The notes beneath the pieces were generated by a model. It saw only the letters and a program-made list of their open reading frames with translations. It was not told the origin of the DNA and searched no databases. This document shows positions 1-7,404 of a stretch of 44,399 bases of DNA, one piece after another. The stretch's first letter is position 1. The number at the start of each line of letters is the position of its first letter. The position numbers were made by a program, and so were the translations under genes. The DNA comes from a bacterium (lineage in GTDB: Bacteria; Hinthialibacterota; Hinthialibacteria; Hinthialibacterales; Hinthialibacteraceae): positions 1 to 44,399 of the forward strand of contig JBHGBC010000030.1 of NCBI GenBank assembly GCA_041946805.1. The letters run 5' to 3'.

Positions 1-26
1 AGATGAATCCCGCCCTTTCAGGGCTT

Positions 27-142
27 CCCTCACCCTAACCCTCTCCCGGAGGGAGAGGGGATTTCGGGTGGCTCTCTCCCCCCCCGTCGAATCGATATCC
101 GGCCATGCGTTCGGAAAAAGGCACGCACTTATTGGATAAGCC
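27..142 (+). repeat. Right-hand part of a copy of the same MITE family (family A hairpin plus TIR)
   Basis: CCCGTCGAATCGATATCCGGCCA.GCGTTCGGAAAAAGG.AC..ACTTAT.GGAT.AGCC shared with about 3087-3146; any left end would lie outside the window. Confidence 0.7.
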
Positions 143-344
143 CATTTTTCCTGGCGGCATCCCTGCCAACGCGGGGAAGAGCTGGGCCGTAAGTTCAAAC
201 CTCCGGTCACTCAAATGGATCCCCTTCGGGAAACAGCCCGTTGGGAACATCCTCCTGGTGGGCTGCGTTGCGCCTTGAGCCCCCTCTCCCTCTGTGGCAG
301 GTTTCGCTGCGCTCAACCCACCCTGCACCGCAATCTCCATTGCC

Positions 345-2405
345 TCAGAGAGCCGGCATGGGCGTCTCCAGCCACTTGAGGTTGAAGGCGTAATGGTTCC
401 AGCTGCTGATCAGGTGAATGACGCCGTCCAGGCCCTGGCAGATGGAGAGATACCCGCGCGGTTCCGCCGAGACCGGCCCCAGGGTGAACGGTTCCCCGTT
501 GGTGGTTTGGGATTCCCGTTCCGGCCCGCCTTCGCTGAGGAGCCGCGTGACGGTCCAACTGGCGCCTTCGTCGCGCGAGAGCGCGGCGAACATCCCCTGG
601 ACGGTCCGCGGGTTGCCCGCCGCGTCCTTGATCTCCACGGGGACCTGGTTGGGATTGGCGAAGGAAATGAGCAGGAGGGGGCCTTCCCGCAGCCGCAGGA
701 GGACCAGGCGTTGTCCGCCGCCGATGGGCGGGAACGGGCTGGCGCTGTAGGTCCAGGTTTTACCCATGTCCGAGGAAACGCTTTGGGGCATGTGGCCTTC
801 GATGGGGTTGCCGCGCCCGAAGGCCAGCAGGCGGCCGTCCTGGAGTTGCGCCACCGCCGCGTGGATGCCGGCGATCGAGCCCCCCGCGTCGAGCCAAGTG
901 TCGCCGTTGTCCCGGCTGATGTGGAGAGCCGTGCCGCGGTCGTCACCCGGCGTGGCGTCGCAGGGCAGGACGAGATAGCCCTCTTTCGTCCGGATGACGG
1001 ATTCAATCACCTGGTTGCGCTGCTGGTGCTCGGGCTGGATCAACCGGGGCTTCGACCAAGTGACGCCGTTGTCGGCCGAGGTGCGCATCACGATCGCCAG
1101 CGGGCCCCAGGTGGCCGCCGCCGAGAGGCCGTGGAAATGATACAAGGTCCGCCAGCCGTCGAACCAGAGCGCGGGGGCGTGGTCGTTGCGGTCGGGGGCG
1201 TCCCAGAAGGGCGAGGCGGATTCCCATTCCTCCGCCCCGTGGCGCAGGCGGCTGGCGGCCATGGCCACCTCGCGGCCTCGTTCGGTCACGGTGGTGTACC
1301 AGATGGCCAAGAGATCGCCGTTGGGGCATTCGGCAATCGCGGGATCGTGATTGTGTTCCGAGAACAGGGGGCCTTCCGAACCGGTGGGGATTTTCACATA
1401 TTGCCGCGGGCCCTTAAAATAAGGCTGGCTGGGATCCGGCCCTTGCTTTACATCGGCCGGGATTTCCCGCGCCACGTTCTGCTGATACGGGGCGGGCGGG
1501 ACGGCGGGCAGGGGCAGGCTTTTCGGCGGTTCGCCGATGGCCACCCGGAAGCCGATGAACCAGCTGCGGTCCTCCGGAATCGTGCCCATCCGGTTGGCGG
1601 AACGCAGGTAATAGGCCACCGTGCCGTGGCTGCCCCCGCGCGTGACCTTGAAATCGCCCTCCGCCCGGCCCACGGGATCGGTCTGATCCTCTCCCGTATA
1701 GGGGCCGTAGGTATCCAGGCACCATTCCTCCACGTTGCCGTGCATATCGAACAGGCCCCAGGGATTGGGCGGCGTCCGGCCCACGTGCAGCGGGACCACC
1801 TCTTCCCGGTTGCGGCTGGTGACGCACGGATACCAGCTGTTGTCCGGATTTTGCAAATACTCGCTGGGAAGCGCGTCGCCCGTGGAGAAGAGGGTCCGGG
1901 TTCCCGCGCGGCAGGCGTATTCCCATTCGGCTTCGGTGGGCAGGCGGTAGGGCAGACCTTCCTTTTGGGCCAGCCACTGGCAAAACGCTTGGGCCTCGTG
2001 CCAGCTGACGAAGATCACCGCCTCGTCGTTATCGATCGAGAAGCCCTTCTTGCCCCGCAGGTGCATGTGCAGCGGATCGAAACGCTCATACTCCCGGTTG
2101 GTCACCTCGCGCGCGCCCAGGTAAAACGGCTGGGTGATCGCCACGCGGTGCGCGGGCTTCTCGTCGTAATCGCCGGTTTGGGGAAGCCAGATCTTCCGGC
2201 CGCCGCGCTCCTGGGCCGCGAGGACCGCTTCCGGCAGGGGTTCGCCGCTCGAGCCCATCGTGAAGGTTCCCGGCTCGATGCGGACGAATTGCATACCGAG
2301 CGAGTTGGTGAATTCCTGGCCGGCCGGCAACTCGGCGCTCATCCCCGCCGCGGCGGCGAGCAGGATGAGCATACCCGTCAAATCCCATAGTGTACGGAAG
2401 CGCAT
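345..2405 (-). CDS. Secreted FGE-sulfatase (SUMF1/CLec-fold) domain protein fused to a BNR/sialidase-like beta-propeller
   Basis: Signal peptide MRFRTLWDLTGMLILLAAAAG; FGE motifs TNSLGMQFVRIEPGTFTMGS, YRLPTEAEWEYACRAG, NPWGLFDMHGNVEEW, RGGS...GFRV; Asp-boxes SADNGVTW, SRDNGDTW, SSDMGKTW, SRDEGASW. Start set at ATG 2405 behind a GAGGA RBS. Confidence 0.85.
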   Translation of the reverse strand: MRFRTLWDLTGMLILLAAAAGMSAELPAGQEFTNSLGMQFVRIEPGTFTMGSSGEPLPEAVLAAQERGGRKIWLPQTGDYDEKPAHRVAITQPFYLGAREVTNREYERFDPLHMHLRGKKGFSIDNDEAVIFVSWHEAQAFCQWLAQKEGLPYRLPTEAEWEYACRAGTRTLFSTGDALPSEYLQNPDNSWYPCVTSRNREEVVPLHVGRTPPNPWGLFDMHGNVEEWCLDTYGPYTGEDQTDPVGRAEGDFKVTRGGSHGTVAYYLRSANRMGTIPEDRSWFIGFRVAIGEPPKSLPLPAVPPAPYQQNVAREIPADVKQGPDPSQPYFKGPRQYVKIPTGSEGPLFSEHNHDPAIAECPNGDLLAIWYTTVTERGREVAMAASRLRHGAEEWESASPFWDAPDRNDHAPALWFDGWRTLYHFHGLSAAATWGPLAIVMRTSADNGVTWSKPRLIQPEHQQRNQVIESVIRTKEGYLVLPCDATPGDDRGTALHISRDNGDTWLDAGGSIAGIHAAVAQLQDGRLLAFGRGNPIEGHMPQSVSSDMGKTWTYSASPFPPIGGGQRLVLLRLREGPLLLISFANPNQVPVEIKDAAGNPRTVQGMFAALSRDEGASWTVTRLLSEGGPERESQTTNGEPFTLGPVSAEPRGYLSICQGLDGVIHLISSWNHYAFNLKWLETPMPAL

Positions 2406-2600
2406 GATCCCATCCTCATTTCGTACGATGTGACTTCCCAGGATCGTATCATGGAGCGGGACAAAGATAAACATGGGGAGCGGAATCGGGCTCCTCCCGA
2501 GACGCATAGCCCTGGATTCACGCCCCGGGCTACACTCCTGCCGCGAGGTTGGCGCTCTCAAAAAATTCCATGCGGTTCGTGGGATACACCCAATCCGGTC

Positions 2601-2798
2601 TCACGCCACCACGTCGATGAGGCTGTTGCTTTTGGGGCGTTCCTTTTTTTCCTCAGCGGGTTTGGATTCTTGACGCCGTTGGCGCCAGGGGACGCCGGGA
2701 TTGTCGTGCCCCTCGTAGCGGTGGGTGTTGTCGACGCGGGTCAGGCGGTCGAGCAGGCTGGAGAAATCGTTGCGGGCGACATCGTACGGACTATACAT
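2601..2798 (-). CDS. Small hypothetical protein (65 aa), C-terminus LIDVVA
   Basis: ATG preceded by a GGGGAG RBS; sigma28-like promoter directly upstream; fills the gap between a terminator and the next gene. Confidence 0.7.
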   Translation of the reverse strand: MYSPYDVARNDFSSLLDRLTRVDNTHRYEGHDNPGVPWRQRRQESKPAEEKKERPKSNSLIDVVA

Positions 2799-2835
2799 GA
2801 TATTTTCTCCCCGGTGTGGGGCGTTCTCCTCCTCA

Positions 2836-2862
2836 TTATCGACGGGGGGGGAAGAAACTAAA
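2836..2862 (-). promoter_or_regulatory. Sigma28 (FliA/SigD)-type promoter
   Basis: Minus strand TTTAGTTT-N11-GTCGATAA versus consensus TAAAGTTT-N11-GCCGATAA (6/8 and 7/8, exact spacing). Confidence 0.65.
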
Positions 2863-2889
2863 GAAAAGGCCGGGAGATACCCGGCCTTT
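2858..2889 (-). terminator. Rho-independent terminator downstream of the GH172 gene
   Basis: Stem AAAGGCCGGG-AGATA-CCCGGCCTTT (2865-2889) running into a TTTTCTTT tract on the minus strand. Confidence 0.7.
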
Positions 2890-2929
2890 GGTTCATTCTG
2901 GCATGCGAATTGATAGGCGGTTCATTTTT

Positions 2930-3146
2930 GGTTCATCTGGCAAGTACGTACAGGATGGGGAAAATCATATAGTAATTCCCTGACTCCGAACCGAAGGAAA
3001 CTCATTTCCTTCCCGGCCAGCGATTAGGATCCCGCCGAGGGGATCGGCGCCGGGGAAAGGCTTTCCCTCACCCTGGCCCTCTCCCACCCGTCGAATCGAT
3101 ATCCGGCCAAGCGTTCGGAAAAAGGTACTTACTTATCGGATGAGCC
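2930..3146. mobile_element. MITE (217 bp) with 22-bp imperfect TIRs and 8-bp target-site duplication
   Basis: Left end GGTTCATCTGGCAAGTACGTAC; right end reverse-complement GGCTCATCCGATAAGTAAGTAC (17/22); direct repeat TCATTTTT at 2922-2929 and 3147-3154. Confidence 0.75.
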
Positions 3147-4352
3147 TCATTTTTCATCGCCCCACAACACGCCGCCGCCCATCTTCTGCCGCCAGGCATC
3201 GCGCCAGCGGTGGATCTCCACCACGCCGATTTCCGGCCGCGGCTTGCGCTGCTCCGTTGAAGCCAGGGCGGGGAACGCCTTGTGCGGCTCCTTCTGATAC
3301 CAATAGGCAACGGTGGCCAGCTCGAGGGTCAGGTTATCCGCATGGCCGTGTTCGATCGAGCCGAGCAGGCTCTTCTTGAAAATGATGGGCTCCTGGATAT
3401 GGAAGCGGTAGCAATGCGTCCGGCCCAGCCAACCCATGTTGTTGTTGATCCGCGGATAGCCGAAGAACGGGTGCATGAACACTTCCTTGGGGCACCAGGA
3501 GGAATTGAAGTAATCTTCCGTCCCCGTGCCGTGCAGGGAATAGGGCCATTTTTCGCCGTCGATCCGCCACATGTCATCGCCCTCGCCGTACCACATGGGC
3601 GAGGGGCAATTGACATAGTAGTTCACCCCCACGTAGTGGCCCTCGCCTTGCGCGTCGATGATGACATGGTTGTGCTCGCCGGTGGGGTTCACGTCGGCCG
3701 GCTTGCGCAGGGTTTCCCACTCGTTTTCATCACCCTTCCAGGGTTCGGTGAGCTCTTGGTTGTACCAGGCGTGGAAACGCAGCAGGTCCTTGTCCGCCTT
3801 CTTGGACGTTTCATAGTCGATATAAAAATACAGCGCGTCGCATTTCCGGTCGGACTGGTTTTCCACCGTGATTTTCGCTCCCTTGGCGAAGGGCATGGGG
3901 AAATAACAATTGAGGGCGCGTCCTCCGCCCGGCGCGGCCGCCAGGGGCAGCGAGTTCATCAGGTAAATCTCCCCCCATCCCTGCCCGAAGAAGTCGCCGA
4001 TGGGCGATTCCACGCTGGGGCGTTCCTCGCCGTCCCAGTACATGCGCAGGACCATCATGCGCCGGAAGAGGGGATCGGGATGGGAGATGGTCATCCAGAT
4101 GTGTTTGATGATCCCCGCCCCGGGGATTTCCGCGATCACCGCCGTGGCGCCCGGCTCGATCTGGATGTTGTCGCCGTTGCCTCCCGAGCGGTCGTAGCTG
4201 GAGATGCGCTTGGTTTCGTCCGCGCGTTTGGCCGCCAGGTTGTCCAGCAGGCCCAAGGCATCCTGGCCGCTGGCCGCCGCGGGCAGCCACGACGCGCAGA
4301 CCGCCGCCAGAACCAGGACGGTGGTGTTTCGAATTCCGTCATGCCATTTCAT
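3147..4352 (-). CDS. DUF2961 / glycoside hydrolase family 172 protein, secreted
   Basis: SSYDRSGGNGD, GAGIIKHIWMT, MYWDGEERPSVESPIGDFFG, NCYFPMPF, WYGEGDD, HGTGTEDYF, IEHGH motifs; signal peptide. Alternative start 4361. Confidence 0.88.
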   Translation of the reverse strand: MKWHDGIRNTTVLVLAAVCASWLPAAASGQDALGLLDNLAAKRADETKRISSYDRSGGNGDNIQIEPGATAVIAEIPGAGIIKHIWMTISHPDPLFRRMMVLRMYWDGEERPSVESPIGDFFGQGWGEIYLMNSLPLAAAPGGGRALNCYFPMPFAKGAKITVENQSDRKCDALYFYIDYETSKKADKDLLRFHAWYNQELTEPWKGDENEWETLRKPADVNPTGEHNHVIIDAQGEGHYVGVNYYVNCPSPMWYGEGDDMWRIDGEKWPYSLHGTGTEDYFNSSWCPKEVFMHPFFGYPRINNNMGWLGRTHCYRFHIQEPIIFKKSLLGSIEHGHADNLTLELATVAYWYQKEPHKAFPALASTEQRKPRPEIGVVEIHRWRDAWRQKMGGGVLWGDEK

Positions 4353-4570
4353 GTTCTCCATCCTCCTGAATCATATAGTATGGGGTTGGCGTAACCTTCT
4401 CACAGGAGGAAGGGAGAAATCAAGAGAGGAGGGGATTCGGACGTCGTTCCTGCGTCCGGCAAGCCGATTCTATGTCTTTTACTGTGATGTCTTCTGATGC
4501 CTCTACGAATGTTCTCTTCCATCTTCTCATCATGCAATCGGAATTCATCAAAAAAGAACTCCAGAATTGC

Positions 4571-4599
4571 TTGACGCTAATAACGGTACACGTTATGAT
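4571..4599 (+). promoter_or_regulatory. Sigma70 promoter of higBA with overlapping palindromic operator
   Basis: TTGACG(4571-76)-17 bp-TATGAT(4594-99); inverted repeat ATAACG-GTACA-CGTTAT (4580-4596). Confidence 0.8.
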
Positions 4600-4605
4600 T
4601 TCTTT

Positions 4606-4887
4606 ATGATCAAGACATTCGCTGATCAAGAAACGGAGAATGTCTTCCAAAGACGGTTCTCCCGCCGTTTTCCTCCGGAGATTATTCCACCGGCCCGCCG
4701 TAAGTTGGCTATGTTAAATGCCGCGGAAAAAATAAATGATTTGAGAATTCCTCCTGCAAACCATCTTGAAAAATTGAGTGGGGACCGGCAAAACCAATAC
4801 AGCATACGCATTAACTCCCAATGGCGGATTTGTTTTGAATGGCAAGAAGGTGACGCCTATCAAGTCGAGATTGTCGATTATCACTAG
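4606..4887 (+). CDS. higB: HigB toxin (RelE/ParE family, plasmid maintenance killer type)
   Basis: MIKTFADQETE...RRKLAMLNAA...DLRIPPANHLEKLSGDRQNQYSIRINSQWRICFEW...VEIVDYH. Confidence 0.93.
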   Translation: MIKTFADQETENVFQRRFSRRFPPEIIPPARRKLAMLNAAEKINDLRIPPANHLEKLSGDRQNQYSIRINSQWRICFEWQEGDAYQVEIVDYH

Positions 4888-4899
4888 GAGATATCCCTT

Positions 4900-5193
4900 A
4901 TGATACGCAAACTCCCTCCCATCCATCCCGGAGAAATCCTGTTAGAAGAATTCCTGAAGCCCATGGGCATCAGCCAGTACCGCCTGGCCAAGGATATCAA
5001 CGTCCCGCCCCGCCGGATAAACGAAATCGTTCACGGCAAACGAGCCGTCTCGCCGGATACGGCGCTCCGGCTTTCCCGGTACTTCGGCCTTTCGGAACGC
5101 TTCTGGATGAACTTGCAGATGGGATACGATCTGGAAATCGAAAAAGACCGGCTCCATGACCGGTTGGAAAAAGAAGTCCGCATTGCGCCGTGA
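4900..5193 (+). CDS. higA: HigA antitoxin (XRE HTH)
   Basis: PPIHPGEILLEEFLKPMGISQYRLAKDINVPPRRINEIVHGKRAVSPDTALRLSRYFG...FWMNLQ..YDL; AGGAG RBS; downstream of the toxin. Confidence 0.94.
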   Translation: MIRKLPPIHPGEILLEEFLKPMGISQYRLAKDINVPPRRINEIVHGKRAVSPDTALRLSRYFGLSERFWMNLQMGYDLEIEKDRLHDRLEKEVRIAP

Positions 5194-5258
5194 TCCACAC
5201 TCGGATGAAAAAATGAAGGATGGATTTTCTCACCCCACATAGGTCACCAAAAACCACG

Positions 5259-6881
5259 ATGAAGAACCAGCCCATGATCCAATATTTTCCTACTATCTTC
5301 CTGCTCGTCAGCCTTCTTCTCGGCTTGCACGGGCTAACCCGGGCGGATATCTCCCTCGTCATGGGGCCGGAATCGGTTCCCTGCTTCGGATTGTACGAAG
5401 CCGCCCTGCGGGTGGAGCCTTTGCCGGCCGGCAATCCCTTCGATGTCCCGGTCTCCGCGGTCTTCACTCACGCCAACGGGCCCGCGGTTCACGTGGAGGG
5501 ATTCTGCGACGATCCCCGGGGCGCGCTCTACCGCGTGCGCTTTTGCCCCTCGCGGCCGGATACCGAGTACCGCTATGTCATCTCGATAGCCATTGATCCA
5601 TCGATCCAATTCGAAGGCTCTTTCCGGACGACCCGCGAAATCAGTCCTGAACCCGTGGTGGTCAATCCCGATCATTCCAAGCATTTCCAGACCGAACATT
5701 CTAAGAAACCGTTCTTTCACATGGGATTCACCGCGTACCATCTGCTCGATCCCTCCAACCACGATGAACAAATCGAGGGAGTGCTGGATTACTGCGTGGA
5801 GCACGGCTTCAACAAGATCCGGTTCCTGCTGACCGGCTACCCCCGCGATACCGATACGCGCTCCAGCGATGATTACGAATACGGCGTGGGCGATCTGTGG
5901 AAACGGCCCAACTACGGCGCGCCGCCGGGCGAGGTGAATCCCCTGCCCGCCTGGGAAGGGAAGCCGCACGCCTACGATTTCACCCGCTTCCACGTTCCCT
6001 ACTGGCAAAAGGTGGACCGGGCGGTGTTGGCGGCGCGGGACCGGGGCATCGTGGCGACTTGCATTCTCACCATCGAAAAACAAGACCTGCCCCAGGAATA
6101 CGGCGCGTTCACGGATCACGAAAAACGCCTCTACCGGTACGCCGCCGCGCGTCTGGCGGCCTTCTCCAACGTGTGGTGGGATCTGGGCAATGAACACAAT
6201 GAGTTCCGCCCGCCCGAGTGGGCCCCCCGGATGGGCGCCTGGATGAAGGAATGGGACCCCTACGGCCGCCTGGTTTCCGCCCACGGCTACAAGGAGTGGA
6301 ATTACGACAATCAACCCTGGGCCGGTTTCATCATCACTCAGCAATATGGGACTTGTTTCGAAGTGAACCAATGGGCGCTGGGCTACGCGGGCATCCCCAA
6401 GCCCTACATCAATGAGGAATACGGCTACGAAGGCATTTTGGACCAGTCCGGCCATGGCCATAACACGGACCGGGTAAGGAAATGCCACTGGGCCATCGCC
6501 TTGGCGGGCGGTTACGCGACCTATGGCGATTGGACGGCGTGCACCCCTTTCTACACCGGCCACGTGGGTCAAGGCAAAGCGCCCGCGCAGCTGAAACATC
6601 TGCGCGCGCTGTTTGATACGCTCCCCTTCCCGGAGATGCGCCCGGCCAATGATCGTGTGGAGAAACACGCCCTTTGCCTGGCCAAGACCGGATCGGTTTA
6701 TCTGGTCTATCTGCCCGAGGGAGGCACAACCACGCTCCGGGCCGAAGCGGGGGATTACACGATCACCTGGATCGATCCCCGCACTGGTGAACGCTCCACG
6801 CCCCAGGACACTGAAGGAGGAACCGTCCGCCTGACTGCCCCCTCCGCCAACGACTGGGCCGCCGTGGTGCAGGAGAAGTGA
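5259..6881 (+). CDS. DUF5060/DUF4038 putative glycoside hydrolase (apiosidase-like) with C-terminal collagen-binding-like domain
   Basis: Signal peptide; GNPFD...EGFCD...YRVRFCP N-domain; GFNKIR, WWDLGNEH, INEEYGYEG; C-terminal YLVYLPEGG...WIDPRTG...DWAAVV. Start uncertain (5220/5259/5274). Confidence 0.78.
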   Translation: MKNQPMIQYFPTIFLLVSLLLGLHGLTRADISLVMGPESVPCFGLYEAALRVEPLPAGNPFDVPVSAVFTHANGPAVHVEGFCDDPRGALYRVRFCPSRPDTEYRYVISIAIDPSIQFEGSFRTTREISPEPVVVNPDHSKHFQTEHSKKPFFHMGFTAYHLLDPSNHDEQIEGVLDYCVEHGFNKIRFLLTGYPRDTDTRSSDDYEYGVGDLWKRPNYGAPPGEVNPLPAWEGKPHAYDFTRFHVPYWQKVDRAVLAARDRGIVATCILTIEKQDLPQEYGAFTDHEKRLYRYAAARLAAFSNVWWDLGNEHNEFRPPEWAPRMGAWMKEWDPYGRLVSAHGYKEWNYDNQPWAGFIITQQYGTCFEVNQWALGYAGIPKPYINEEYGYEGILDQSGHGHNTDRVRKCHWAIALAGGYATYGDWTACTPFYTGHVGQGKAPAQLKHLRALFDTLPFPEMRPANDRVEKHALCLAKTGSVYLVYLPEGGTTTLRAEAGDYTITWIDPRTGERSTPQDTEGGTVRLTAPSANDWAAVVQEK

Positions 6882-6935
6882 TGGCAGGATGGATTGTGAC
6901 ATTTTCCCAAGAATGACGGAGCGGTAACAAGGATT

Positions 6936-7165
6936 GCCCAGGGTTGAAACCCTGGGCTACTTGTTCGGCGGCCCCTTAAAAGGGGCGCAGGAGGGGAGAA
7001 TGAGAGGCAGGCGAAATCCGGAAAGGTGTGGAGGGGTGAAAAGGCTTACCCTCACCCTGGCCCTCTCCCAGGGGGAGAGGGAATTTTGGGGGTGGTTTTC
7101 ATCGATCCTTTCGAAGAGATGCGAACCGGCTATCTGAAAAAAAGTACGTACTTACCGGATGAGCC
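6936..7165 (+). repeat. Composite intergenic repeat: family B hairpins + family A hairpin + MITE right end
   Basis: GCCCAGGGTTGAAACCCTGGGC...GCCCCTTAAAAGGGGC (6936-6987); CCCTCACCCTGGCCCTCTCCCAGGGGGAGAGGG (7049-7081); GTACGTACTTACCGGATGAGCC (ends 7165). Confidence 0.8.
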
Positions 7166-7179
7166 ACAATGGATTCTCT

Positions 7180-7247
7180 CCCCTCTCCCTCCATGGGAGA
7201 GGGGCCGGGGGTGAGAACCAACCGGGACATGCGGCCCCGTGCCCCTG
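7180..7247 (-). repeat. Inverted family A hairpin plus family F REP-like hairpin
   Basis: CCCCTCTCCCTCCATGGGAGAGGGGCCGGGGGTGAG; GGGACATGCGGCCCCGTGCCCCT. Confidence 0.65.
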
Positions 7248-7404
7248 GGGGCCCGATCCCCGCTTCCTGGTCGGCAAATCCACTTACCACAATGTAGGTC
7301 TTTCCACTGACAAAAAATACACATTCTGACTGATTGATCAGCGTAGGATTTAGTCCAATATTTATGGGAACCGTTTCATCGATTTCCAAGGAAGGAGCGA
7401 CATC

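Noticed and set aside
2899..2915. Sigma54-like TGGCAT-N5-TTGA
   Set aside because: Lacks the -12 GC and points away from any gene start.
2963..4380. 12-mer AATCATATAGTA on both sides of the GH172 gene (2963, 4369)
   Set aside because: One copy lies inside the MITE; too short and unsupported to call an att site or duplication.
4381..5230. higBA as an integron cassette or IS passenger
   Set aside because: No attC-like RYYYAAC...GTTRRRY structure, TIRs or integrase found.
6934..7324. Short ORFs containing PHPxPLPxGEG or SPGLKPWA (also near 35, 12172, 13305, 18781, 24945, 40440)
   Set aside because: They are translations of the intergenic repeat families.
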